A program made the translations under genes and the position numbers. The notes below the pieces were generated by a model. It ran no database searches and was not told the DNA's origin. It saw only the letters and a list, made by a program, of their open reading frames with translations. A DNA stretch of 37,394 bases from a virus (Duplodnaviria; Caudoviricetes), in IMG/VR virus record IMGVR_UViG_3300038314_000668, positions 1 to 37,394 of that record. One strand, given 5' to 3'. Shown piece by piece: positions 25,481 through 35,124 of the stretch. The first letter of the stretch is position 1. Every line of letters starts with the position of its first letter.

Positions 25481-25823
25481 GAAGCCAGCCAAAAATAAAA
25501 GTAAAAAGAAATCTCTCCAAGAAGGATCGATATATGACAAGTATGATGTCGATGGTGACGGCGTGGTTACTGACGAGGAATTGGCAGCAATTAAGGCCAT
25601 TACAGAAACTGAAGCTGCTGAAGAAAAGGCGGATGCTCAGAGACGCATGGCGTGGATTTCGTTATTGGCTATGCTTGTATTTACTTGTATGGTATTCATG
25701 CCTATTTTCCCTGATAGTCGCATCAAGGCTTTAGCAGATTTATTTGGGCTTTTTTACATCGGCATGGCTGGTGTTGTTGGAGCTTATATGGGCATGACTG
25801 CTTATATGAGTGCAAAAAAATAA
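25470..25823 (+). CDS. Two-TM holin-like protein with an EF-hand-like loop
   Basis: DVDGDGVVTDEE loop, then RRMAW and two hydrophobic helices; adjacent to the endolysin. Confidence 0.7.
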   Translation: MTTKKPAKNKSKKKSLQEGSIYDKYDVDGDGVVTDEELAAIKAITETEAAEEKADAQRRMAWISLLAMLVFTCMVFMPIFPDSRIKALADLFGLFYIGMAGVVGAYMGMTAYMSAKK

Positions 25824-25838
25824 TGTGAGATTTAAATA

Positions 25839-27686
25839 GTGCCACTGCAGTCTTTAAATATAAAACCTGGAATCGTCACAGATGTTGATGAATACACAGC
25901 TGCAAAAGTTGGGCCATATTGGGTTAATGGTGACAAAGTTCGTTTTGTCAATGGTCTTCCTCAAAAAATAGGTGGATGGCAAAAAGAAACAACAAGCCCA
26001 ACAACAGCAACATCTAGTACAAATTTATCAGCTGGAATTTGCAGAGTCATCAGAAATTGGCGTCTTGTTGATGGCACAGATGTTCTTGCCGCAGGAACAG
26101 AGAAGCAGCTTCTTATCCTTACAGGTGGGACTTGGTATGATATAACGCCAACTCGCGCATCTGCCACGCTTGGTGCCAATCCTATAACAACATCTAGTGG
26201 CTCGTCAACTGTGACGGTGACGCATACAAGCCACGGAGCAGACACTGGCGAGATTGTTTCTTTCAGCGGAGCAGCAGCTGTTAATGGAGTGACTTTGAGT
26301 GGTGCTTATGCATTGACAAAGGTTGATTCTAATTCTTATACTGTTGTTGATTCTGCCACTGCCTCCGGTTCAGGTTCTGGTGGAGGAAGTTCAGTTGTTG
26401 CAGCTTATTTGATTGGATATACAGAGGGTTTGCTTGAGCCAACAGCAGCATTGGCACTTGGTTGGGGGACAGGCACTTGGGGATTGAGTACATGGGGAAC
26501 AGCTCGCAGCAGCTCGAGTGTTACCCTTGAATTGAGCCAGTGGAGCTTTGATCTATGGGGTGAGGACTTAATTGCCACTGTCCATAATTATAACAGCTAT
26601 GTTTGGGATGCGAGTGCAGGTGTTGCAACTAGAGCGACTCTTATAAATGAAGCAGAAATAACAAAAACTAGATTTACGACAGTCTCGTTCCCGGATCGCC
26701 ATTTAATTGCACATGGGACATACAACACATCAACATCATTGCAAGACAATATGCTTGTAAGATGGTCAGACCAAGAGGATTATACGCAATTCACAGCAGC
26801 AACGACAAATTCTGCTGGGAGCCAAAGGCTCCAAGTTGGTACAAAAATAATGTCTGCTGTGGCTACTCGTGAAGCAACATTTATTGGTACTGATGAAGCG
26901 ATGTATGAGATGCAATTTGTTGGTGCGCCATTTATATTCTCTTTCCGGTTGCTTGGAACAGGTTGTGGGCCAATTTCTCAAAGATCTGTGGTAAACGAAT
27001 CAGGCAATGTTTACTGGATGGGAAGGAGTAATTTCTTCACTTTCGATGGCCAAGTTAAAGAACTGCCATGCCCAGTTCAATATTACGTTTTTGATGATTT
27101 GAACCAACAGCAACAGCAAAAAATATTTGGTGCCATAAATCGTAAATTTCAAGAGATATTGTGGTTTTATGCTTCCAATGATGCTGCTGATGATGAGCCT
27201 GACAAATATATTACTTATAATTTTGAAACAGGCACGTGGACAATTGGTTCGTTACAGAGAACTGTTTGGCATGATCAGTTTGGAGTCAGAACTGTTCCAT
27301 ATGCTGTTGACAAGAGTGGATATCTTTATAAGCATGAAACGGGGACGGATGATGATTCGTCTGCGATGACTTCTTTTATTGAAAGTTCAGCGGTTGAATT
27401 TGATGTTCAGAATTCACCAGACGGAACAAATCTGTTCATGATTGATAAGGTTATACCTGCTGGATCAATAACAGGATCCATTGCTTTGCTCGTTAAATCA
27501 AAGAAATATCCTTTTGATGATTCTGAAATAAGCAAAGGTCCGTTTACTATTGAGTCCGATACAACTAAGGTAAGTTTGCGTGCAAAAGGTAGACAAATGA
27601 AGGTCAGGCTAACAAGTTCTGCGATAAGCGATAATTGGGAACTCGGGACATTTAGATTTAATTTAAGACCGGATGGCACAAGATGA
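25839..27686 (+). CDS. Tail nozzle / packaged-DNA stabilization protein (P22 gp10-like, putative)
   Basis: KPGI..W..GDKVRF..PQKIGGW, VRWSDQED, EILWFYAS, YITYN, RPDGTR; just upstream of the ejection-like genes. Confidence 0.7.
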   Translation: MPLQSLNIKPGIVTDVDEYTAAKVGPYWVNGDKVRFVNGLPQKIGGWQKETTSPTTATSSTNLSAGICRVIRNWRLVDGTDVLAAGTEKQLLILTGGTWYDITPTRASATLGANPITTSSGSSTVTVTHTSHGADTGEIVSFSGAAAVNGVTLSGAYALTKVDSNSYTVVDSATASGSGSGGGSSVVAAYLIGYTEGLLEPTAALALGWGTGTWGLSTWGTARSSSSVTLELSQWSFDLWGEDLIATVHNYNSYVWDASAGVATRATLINEAEITKTRFTTVSFPDRHLIAHGTYNTSTSLQDNMLVRWSDQEDYTQFTAATTNSAGSQRLQVGTKIMSAVATREATFIGTDEAMYEMQFVGAPFIFSFRLLGTGCGPISQRSVVNESGNVYWMGRSNFFTFDGQVKELPCPVQYYVFDDLNQQQQQKIFGAINRKFQEILWFYASNDAADDEPDKYITYNFETGTWTIGSLQRTVWHDQFGVRTVPYAVDKSGYLYKHETGTDDDSSAMTSFIESSAVEFDVQNSPDGTNLFMIDKVIPAGSITGSIALLVKSKKYPFDDSEISKGPFTIESDTTKVSLRAKGRQMKVRLTSSAISDNWELGTFRFNLRPDGTR

Positions 27687-27931
27687 CTATTAGGCAAGGA
27701 AGGCTCCCATCTCCACCATCAGAATATGATCAAAGATGGGCAAACCAACTAACCAACCAGCTTGAACAAAATATTTCTGCGACAAATCTTTCTGCATCTT
27801 CAGATCGCTACACAGTAACAAATGTGACAGCAGACAGAACTCTTGATGCAGACTCAACATCAACCGCTGAACTTGCTGATGTTCTTGGCACTCTAATAAA
27901 TGACCTTAGAGATAGAGGAGTTTTGGGATAA
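27683..27931 (+). CDS. Small hypothetical protein (82 aa)
   Basis: ATGA overlap; RLPSPPSEYD N-terminus. Confidence 0.75.
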   Translation: MTIRQGRLPSPPSEYDQRWANQLTNQLEQNISATNLSASSDRYTVTNVTADRTLDADSTSTAELADVLGTLINDLRDRGVLG

Positions 27932-29265
27932 TGGCTTCATTTGACAAGAGTCTTGTTCGCGATGGTTTTGAAGCATTCCCAGTCTTTGGGGAAGAGTTTG
28001 TGTCATCAGAGAATAATCAGGAAGACAGTTCCAATGTCATGCCTGTTTATCAGATAAAGCAAACTCCTCCTGATCTTGGCGAAACAAAGCTCCAGGACGT
28101 ATATGGAACAGGCGCAATGCCAATGTGGGAATTCGTCAGGAAAATTCAAACTGGCGAAGCAACATTTGATCCAGAAAATCAATTCCATCAATCAGCGGCT
28201 GAATATCTTGCAGATGCTTCTGATGAGGAGTTTATATCAAGAGGATTTGATCCAGGAATTAAAGGTGAAATTGCACAGTTGGCTGGAGGCATCACACAAG
28301 CAGCAATAGGCCAAGCTGGCGCACAGATGGCAGCCGAGGGACTCCAAACAGGTCTTGGCTCAATTAAAGAGGCTTTTAGGCCTGAAATTCTTACGAGAAC
28401 ATTTACAGAGGGATTTCCAGGGCTACTTCCAAGTCGCCCAAATGTACAATTAGGTCCTGCTGCAAAGACTCTTGAAGGTGCCACTCAAGTTGGAGCCAGC
28501 CTCCCGGCAAATCATAGCCTTATTAGTCCGGCGACCTATAGAGATTTAGGTGGACTCCAAACATTCGGTCCAGTAAATATGGCAGGTGCTAATGTGGTAG
28601 TGCCTACAAATTCTCTTAAACTTGCCAATATTACTGCCAACAAAAATCCAATGTCTAGCTCTATAGTATCTCGAGCACCAGATCCTCCTGGGATGTTTAG
28701 TACAGAACCCGGTGGTGGTTTGGCTCCTTACACTCCAGGAATTGGACAAGTTGGGTTGAATTTTGGAATCGCATTCGGAGTAAATATGGCAATGGGCATG
28801 AAGCCTAAAAAAGCTGCCAAAGGTGCTGCGGCATCTGCCGCTGGAGGAGCAGTTGGTGCTTTTGCTGGGGGTCCTATTGGTGCTATGGTTGGTAGCACAA
28901 TCGGCGGCATGGTTGGTGGCAGAGTTATTTGCAATGAACTTTGCAGACAGGGCTATTTAACCAGAAAAGAGGTAATTCTTGATTATGCATATACAAGAGA
29001 TTACTTTACTCCGATTCATGTCAATGGGTATCATTTTTGGGCATTGGGTGTTGTAAGGAGCTTAAGAAAAAATAAACGTGTAAAATTTTGGCGACACCTT
29101 GCAAAGCATCGTGCTAATTATGTATCTTATGTCTATGGCAAAAGAGATAAACAGGACTATCTTGGCAAATTCTATAATTTCGTAGGGGCAAATGCTTGTT
29201 ATTTTATAGGTTTGTTCTGTAAGCGAACTGACTGGTCTGTTCTTTATAAACCAAAGGAGATTTAA
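27931..29265 (+). CDS. Putative internal virion protein with Gly-zipper and C-terminal VIC...GYH domain
   Basis: GAVGAFAGGPIGAMVGSTIGG glycine zipper followed by GRVICNEL..GYHFWA. Confidence 0.65.
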   Translation: MASFDKSLVRDGFEAFPVFGEEFVSSENNQEDSSNVMPVYQIKQTPPDLGETKLQDVYGTGAMPMWEFVRKIQTGEATFDPENQFHQSAAEYLADASDEEFISRGFDPGIKGEIAQLAGGITQAAIGQAGAQMAAEGLQTGLGSIKEAFRPEILTRTFTEGFPGLLPSRPNVQLGPAAKTLEGATQVGASLPANHSLISPATYRDLGGLQTFGPVNMAGANVVVPTNSLKLANITANKNPMSSSIVSRAPDPPGMFSTEPGGGLAPYTPGIGQVGLNFGIAFGVNMAMGMKPKKAAKGAAASAAGGAVGAFAGGPIGAMVGSTIGGMVGGRVICNELCRQGYLTRKEVILDYAYTRDYFTPIHVNGYHFWALGVVRSLRKNKRVKFWRHLAKHRANYVSYVYGKRDKQDYLGKFYNFVGANACYFIGLFCKRTDWSVLYKPKEI

Positions 29266-29267
29266 CA

Positions 29268-29582
29268 ATGGCAGATGTTCCACCAATGATGACAGAAGAA
29301 GAAATGATGGCTATGGCAAATGCTCCTGAGCCAACAATAAATCAATCAATTGGCCCGGAAGGTGCGGCTGGTATGTTGCAGCCTGATGAGGACATTCAAG
29401 TTGTTCTTTTGTCAAGGCTTGAATCGCTAACTCCGGAAGAATTGATGATGCTTGATTCTATGATTGATAGCAACACAGCGCAAATTCTTCTTAAGATCTT
29501 ACCGGAACTTCAACAATTGATGGACATGTTTCTTTCTCAAGGAGGAGGTGGACAACCTGCAGGTGCATTATCTGGGATGTAA
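29268..29582 (+). CDS. Acidic Met-rich protein ending in AGALSGM
   Basis: AAGGAG RBS; 104 aa. Confidence 0.75.
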   Translation: MADVPPMMTEEEMMAMANAPEPTINQSIGPEGAAGMLQPDEDIQVVLLSRLESLTPEELMMLDSMIDSNTAQILLKILPELQQLMDMFLSQGGGGQPAGALSGM

Positions 29583-29585
29583 TAA

Positions 29586-30026
29586 ATGAGCGTGAGGCAA
29601 GCAACAATTTTTGATTGTTCTTATATTTGCGCAATGCTTTATAGAATGCATGAAGAGTCTGAATTTGATTTGGATAAAATTAATGCAAAAAAGCTCTCGG
29701 AGACTGTTCTTGGTATTATAAATAATGGAGTTGTTTTTGTCGCTATTGACGAGGATGAACGAATTATTGGGTCTGTCGGAGGATCATTTTTCTTTGAGTG
29801 GTGGTCTGATGAAAAAATTCTCGGAGATTTGTGGTTTTATGTTTATAAATCGAATCGGTCGTCAACAGCAGCAATCGACCTTATTCGGAGATTTATAAAA
29901 GCTGGCAATGGTGTTAAAATGAAACTGGGTCATATTTATAGCGGAGATCTTGAAAGAAAAGACAAGTTTTACGAGAGACTTGGCTTGAAAAAAGCAGGAT
30001 CAACATATGTCATGGAGACAATTTGA
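29586..30026 (+). CDS. GNAT-family acetyltransferase
   Basis: VRQAT..D, VFVA..IIG, WFYVYKSNRSS, FYERLGLKKAG. Confidence 0.8.
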   Translation: MSVRQATIFDCSYICAMLYRMHEESEFDLDKINAKKLSETVLGIINNGVVFVAIDEDERIIGSVGGSFFFEWWSDEKILGDLWFYVYKSNRSSTAAIDLIRRFIKAGNGVKMKLGHIYSGDLERKDKFYERLGLKKAGSTYVMETI

Positions 30027-31039
30027 TGGGTGGTCTTTGCACGAAGAATGTTGAGGTCCTTCCGGATCCAAAATCGGTCTTAAAAGACACAGAGATCCCG
30101 GAATGGGTATCGGCTGGTGGCCAGCAACTTTTCCAGCAAGCAGCCGAGCTTTCCAGCGGTGATTTTCCATTATTCCCCGGTCAAAGAATTTCAACTTATC
30201 AGGACATAGCTGATCCTGACAAACTTTCTAAATTGACGGGTCGTGAACAAAGAGGATTGCAACTTCTTGAGGACAGGTCAGGTGCTTACCAACCTTATGC
30301 TGAAAGGGCGACAGAAGTTGCCTCTGAAATTGGAGGTGAACGGCTCGCAGCAGAAACTCTTGCTCCTGAGGCATTTGGTGCTGCTCAATACAGTCAATAT
30401 GCTCCAATTTATTCAGAAGCAGTTAGACCAGCACTTGAAGATGTTTCCGAAAGCTATGCCAAGCGTCGTCGTGATCTTGAGTTACAGGCAGGACAAAGGG
30501 GTGCGTTTGGTGATAGGATGGGTCTTGAAAGTGCGGAGCTTGCCCGTGGAGAGGCACGCGAAAGAGGAAAACTTTTATCTGAGGCTGGTCGCGGAGGTCT
30601 TGAATTCTCGGCAGCACAATTTGAAAGAGATCGGGCAGCTAGAGAAAGAGCATTTGAGATTAATAGAGCTGGTCGCGAGAAATCATTTGATCTTGCTCAG
30701 GCCAGTCGTAAATTAGAATTAGAAGCCATGGAGCGCATGGGTCCAGCAGTTCAAGGACTCGTTCAGCAAGAAGCCCAAGGACTTATAGGTGCTGGCGAGG
30801 CAGAGAGAACACTTGATCAACAGGCTCTTGAAATGGCATACAGAGATTATGTTGAGCAAAGGGAATATCCTTACACAGCCTTAAATTTTGCACTTGGGGC
30901 ATTGAAGGGGCTGCCATACGAAACTCGCGAATTTACTATGCAACGTGGCGGTAAATTTATAGAAACTCCAAGTGTTTATGGCCAAACTATGGGTGGCCTT
31001 GGCGCACTCGCAACTGCTTATAAACTCATGGGGGGCTAA
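30026..31039 (+). CDS. Putative DNA ejection/pilot protein
   Basis: Q/A/R-rich helices, GAFG, C-terminal GGLGALA; follows the GNAT gene. Confidence 0.65.
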   Translation: MGGLCTKNVEVLPDPKSVLKDTEIPEWVSAGGQQLFQQAAELSSGDFPLFPGQRISTYQDIADPDKLSKLTGREQRGLQLLEDRSGAYQPYAERATEVASEIGGERLAAETLAPEAFGAAQYSQYAPIYSEAVRPALEDVSESYAKRRRDLELQAGQRGAFGDRMGLESAELARGEARERGKLLSEAGRGGLEFSAAQFERDRAARERAFEINRAGREKSFDLAQASRKLELEAMERMGPAVQGLVQQEAQGLIGAGEAERTLDQQALEMAYRDYVEQREYPYTALNFALGALKGLPYETREFTMQRGGKFIETPSVYGQTMGGLGALATAYKLMGG

Positions 31040-31042
31040 ATT

Positions 31043-33019
31043 ATGATAGTACCAAGTCGTCCAGCGCGGTCATTAGCGATTGAACGTGAGCGGATGAGGA
31101 ATAGCCTTATCGCCGATGCTGATCCAAAATGGACTCTAGAGGATCTTCTAAGAAAGGCAACGGGATACCGGGACATCCTTATTCGTAGAGGCCTCCCGAC
31201 AGACAATCTAGAAGATAAGGATGTTCGTCGTTTCTATGATGCTGGATTGCCGCCTAAACAAATAAGTGCCACGTTGGATCAGATTTTAGAACACCATAAA
31301 GCAATTTCTAAAGACCCGAATTATGAAGGCACTGTAACAGATCCTGTTTGGTTTGACCAGCGGATCAAGGATTTGCAAGAATATGGTAAAAAATCTGGTA
31401 CACCATATCCTATGTTTCCTAGAGCTTATGATGATTTACCATATTTCATAGATCCGGATGAAACTCCATTGCCTTTGCCTCTTGGTGAATATTCTGCTCG
31501 TCTTGATCGCGATAGAAGGTTATCCGAAGCAGATCTTCTTGCTCGAAAAAAATTAGATGTTGAGCATCTTCAAAAACAGAAGTTGACACCTGTAAAATAT
31601 GGATATTCTTATCCTGGAAGAGGTGGTCAAACTTATTATCAGCCAGAATCAGAAGAATTCAAATTCCCTCCGGAGAGCAATCAAGTGAATACACAGACGC
31701 CAGCCCTAGCAAAAGTAGGAGGAGCTGTCCCCCCAGCTCCTGCCGCCACCACCCTAAACGCTGCTAGGGCTGGCAACCTCGGGGCTGCTGGAAATATAAA
31801 TGCTGCGCTAATTAACAATAAGTATGGTGCTTTGTTAAATCAAGCTAAGTTAATTGGCCGACATTTAGCTCCGCAAAAGATAGATGATCAAAAAGACAAG
31901 TGGCTGACTGCATTTCAATTTTTTACAAATATGGCAGCAGCAGCAAGCGAGCCAGGAGCCACAGCAATTGGGGCAATGGGCAAGGCTGGAGCTGCAACCG
32001 TTGAGACACTTATTGAAGAGCGTAAACAAAAGCGTGCAGAAGAATTAGCATCAACGAAGATGGGTGTGGGTCTTATAACTGCTTTGGGTAAACCGAGACC
32101 ATTGAAAGTTGGTGCACAGCACGGTGAGCAAGCAAAATATATGAATCCAAAAGAGGCTGAAGAATATTTACTAAACAAGGGTCTAGATCCTAATAGTCCA
32201 AATCTTCCAAGATTGATCAAAGCTCTAAAACCTCCAACTGATAGTATGCTTGGGAAAAATGTTGTAAATGCAGATGCATTTGTGCAAATGATACCAATAG
32301 TTCAAGCCGGTAAAATTGTTGATTTCAATTTGACTTCAATGGTTAACCCAATACCAAGATCCGCTGCCTATTTCAGGAAAAGAATGGCTGATCTTGCAAA
32401 AGACGATAAAATGGTTGACACGCTCACCCAAGTCCTTCCGCAAGTTAAAACAGGTTTGAAAGTCATTCTTAATGGGGAGGTTTCTACTGGTATCTTGCCT
32501 AGCCTTATTCTTCCTTTGGAACAAATGTGGTATGAAGCATTCGGAACTAAAGTTCCAGAAAAAGTAAGTCAAGCTCGAACTCTTGAGTCTTTGTCAAACT
32601 TCCTTGCTCCAAAAATGAGGCCAAAAGGATCAGGTTCAACTTCTGATATGGAATTTGATGCATATAGAAAGGCCATTCTCGCTCTTAAGAATCCAAGACT
32701 TACAAATTACCTTGCCTTATATTCATTTTTGAAAACACAACAAAATTCTGTAAAGGCTAATAGTCTTGAGAAAGAGATTTTGGTTGGAGGTGGAACTCCA
32801 GACGACGTTCGCAAAGCTGTAGAAAAAATGAACTTGTCATTATTTGAATCATATAAAGGTGATCCAAAGGACAACGATGCTTTAAATAAATGGTATAAAA
32901 GCCTTCCCAGAGGAGCAGTGATTTATAATATTGATTCTGAAGGTAAAAAATTATATCCGACAAACAGTGCTAGAAAACCAGTTGGATTATTCATAGTTAA
33001 AGGCTGGAAAGAAATATGA
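31043..33019 (+). CDS. Putative internal virion/ejection protein (658 aa)
   Basis: Position in the ejection cluster; central Ala/Gly-rich helices; C-terminal GSGSTSDMEF motif. Confidence 0.6.
   Translation: MIVPSRPARSLAIERERMRNSLIADADPKWTLEDLLRKATGYRDILIRRGLPTDNLEDKDVRRFYDAGLPPKQISATLDQILEHHKAISKDPNYEGTVTDPVWFDQRIKDLQEYGKKSGTPYPMFPRAYDDLPYFIDPDETPLPLPLGEYSARLDRDRRLSEADLLARKKLDVEHLQKQKLTPVKYGYSYPGRGGQTYYQPESEEFKFPPESNQVNTQTPALAKVGGAVPPAPAATTLNAARAGNLGAAGNINAALINNKYGALLNQAKLIGRHLAPQKIDDQKDKWLTAFQFFTNMAAAASEPGATAIGAMGKAGAATVETLIEERKQKRAEELASTKMGVGLITALGKPRPLKVGAQHGEQAKYMNPKEAEEYLLNKGLDPNSPNLPRLIKALKPPTDSMLGKNVVNADAFVQMIPIVQAGKIVDFNLTSMVNPIPRSAAYFRKRMADLAKDDKMVDTLTQVLPQVKTGLKVILNGEVSTGILPSLILPLEQMWYEAFGTKVPEKVSQARTLESLSNFLAPKMRPKGSGSTSDMEFDAYRKAILALKNPRLTNYLALYSFLKTQQNSVKANSLEKEILVGGGTPDDVRKAVEKMNLSLFESYKGDPKDNDALNKWYKSLPRGAVIYNIDSEGKKLYPTNSARKPVGLFIVKGWKEI
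31699..31774. repeat. Nested inverted repeat inside a CDS
   Basis: GCCAGCCCTAGCA/TGCTAGGGCTGGC (13 bp perfect) enclosing AGGAGCTG/CAGCTCCT (8 bp perfect). Confidence 0.85.
32273..32296 (+). repeat. 24-bp exact direct repeat, copy 2
   Basis: Identical to 6500-6523. Confidence 0.9.
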
Positions 33020-35124
33020 CAAATGTAAACGTTCTTCCTGATGGTGCGATTGATACTGCAGGTGCAAATAGAGATGTTGGTAAAGTAGGCCAACAATCTT
33101 CTGTTGAGGTACAGGAACTTGATTGGTCAGAAAGACTCAACCTTGCATTGGCAGGTGCGCTTTACAATTTCAGTGATGAGGCATGGGCTGCAGTGAGATC
33201 TTTTACTGATTCTGAGCTTTCTTATGATAAGGCTATCGAACAAGAACGTAAGATTTTGGATGAAGCTCGAAAGAAAGATCCAACTGGTGCGTTAATTGCT
33301 GAAATGGGTGGTGCAATTTTGCCATCAATTTTTGCTATGCTATATTCCGGAGGAACGGCAACTCCAGCTCTTGTTGCGAATTTGCAAAGGATTGCAGCTG
33401 CTGGAGCTAAAACAAAATTTGGTCGTGCAGGAAAGTCAATTGCAGTTGGTGCTGCTGAAGGCCTTGTTTCTGGGACAGGTGCTGCAAAAGGAGACCTTAC
33501 AGATCGTGTAACAGACACAGGAACACTTATCTCTACAGGAATGGGTGCTGTGGCCAGACCACTTTTACAGGGTGCTGGTACTCTTCTCAAAAAGGGTGCT
33601 GGTGTTATTGCTGATAGAAATATTATACGAAAAACATTACGAAGTCTCGGCAAAGCAGAATCGGCGGAGCTTAACAGAATAATTGAAGAGACAGGTCTTT
33701 CTATTGATGATATACTTCGTCGTGTTACAGAGGGTGGCACCCTCGGTGATATGTCCGATTCAACAAGACTGGCATTGCGTGTCGCATATTACAATGCGGG
33801 TAAAGGTCGTGAAGCAGTTGCAGATACTGTTGTAAGGCGTGGAACTGAAAAGCCAGCACAAGCAATGGCAGAAATTCAACAGGGTCTGGCACCCTCCGGA
33901 GCAGTTGTTGGAACATCCCCAGGATTGCTTCAAGGTGGTGGCACTGGAAATATATTAAAATATTTCGGCGAAGGAATTAAGAAACTTGAAGCTGATGAAA
34001 GCAAAGCATACAACAAAATATGGGCCAGCGGAATAACCTCCGAAGAACTTAATTCTTCTGCTTTAAAAATTTTAACACAACAGAAAAAAATAAGGGAATA
34101 TATAGATGAATTGTCTGAAGCAGAAGGATTAAAGCAATTTTATAAAATAAACAAAGATACAGGTGTTCTCGAGTTAACAAGAGATGTCGATTTAGAAGTT
34201 GGGGAAGTTATTAGGCGTGCTTTAAGTGACAAATCTAATGCAGCCTATACAAGTTCCCTGCCGAATCTGGGAAAGGCTATTGGCAACCTAGAGAAAGGCT
34301 TAAGAAAAATTCTTGATGATGTCTCTCCAGATCTTAAAAATACTCGTGCTCAGTGGGCGGCGATAAGATCCTCGGCTGATGCTTTTGATCAAGGAAGTAA
34401 AATTTTAAAAAGTTCTGCTGATGAGGCGCAAGTTATATTTGACAATATTGCTGCAAAAGGTGATGATGCAATTGCTGCTTTCCGTCTGGGTTATGCAAGT
34501 TCACTAAGGAACAAAGCAACAGCGAGCAATGTAACAACTCTTTTCCGTACTATGAAAGACCCCACCCGTAAAGAGCAAATAATATTAAACATGATATATC
34601 CTGGCGACTCTCTGGATGAAGCTATCAAAAAGATAAATCTTGCTGATGCAGCAATTCAAACTCGCAATAAAGTTATGGGACAATCTATAACAGCAGCCCA
34701 TCAAGCAGCTGAAAGGAAAATGGGCACATCAAGCGCAATTGTAAATCTTGTTGAAATGATAATATCCCCAATAAGAGCACCGGGTGCTGCATTCAGACTA
34801 ATAAGAGATCTTATTGGAAAACAAACGGACAATTTATCTCCCGATCAACAAACGACAATAGCCAAAATGCTCGTTGAAGAAGATCCTGATGTCCTGCGAA
34901 GAATTCTTCGAAATGAAAATCTTCTTTCTGGACTTGCCAAGAAATACAACCAGATTGCTGATGCGATGATTTCTGGTGTGTCTCGTGGAGTAACAACAAC
35001 AACAGCAGCTGATATTCAAAGGGGAGAATCTCCGAGAGCAATACAATCCATTATTTCTGGGATGAGTCCAAAAGCACAGGAATTGGTTCTCAAAGAAACT
35101 AGCAGGGTGATTCCAAGAAATTGA
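33016..35124 (+). CDS. Putative DNA transfer/ejection protein (702 aa)
   Basis: N-terminal NFSDE..P..AEMGGAI and Gly/Ala-rich segments, long helical body; last large gene of the cluster. Confidence 0.65.
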   Translation: MTNVNVLPDGAIDTAGANRDVGKVGQQSSVEVQELDWSERLNLALAGALYNFSDEAWAAVRSFTDSELSYDKAIEQERKILDEARKKDPTGALIAEMGGAILPSIFAMLYSGGTATPALVANLQRIAAAGAKTKFGRAGKSIAVGAAEGLVSGTGAAKGDLTDRVTDTGTLISTGMGAVARPLLQGAGTLLKKGAGVIADRNIIRKTLRSLGKAESAELNRIIEETGLSIDDILRRVTEGGTLGDMSDSTRLALRVAYYNAGKGREAVADTVVRRGTEKPAQAMAEIQQGLAPSGAVVGTSPGLLQGGGTGNILKYFGEGIKKLEADESKAYNKIWASGITSEELNSSALKILTQQKKIREYIDELSEAEGLKQFYKINKDTGVLELTRDVDLEVGEVIRRALSDKSNAAYTSSLPNLGKAIGNLEKGLRKILDDVSPDLKNTRAQWAAIRSSADAFDQGSKILKSSADEAQVIFDNIAAKGDDAIAAFRLGYASSLRNKATASNVTTLFRTMKDPTRKEQIILNMIYPGDSLDEAIKKINLADAAIQTRNKVMGQSITAAHQAAERKMGTSSAIVNLVEMIISPIRAPGAAFRLIRDLIGKQTDNLSPDQQTTIAKMLVEEDPDVLRRILRNENLLSGLAKKYNQIADAMISGVSRGVTTTTAADIQRGESPRAIQSIISGMSPKAQELVLKETSRVIPRN

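Noticed and set aside
33148-33180. AGALYNFSDE in the 33016 protein, and GTGALGAF in the 18902 protein, as GAL tags
   Set aside because: Internal positions within Gly/Ala-rich or repeat contexts; chance is a sufficient explanation
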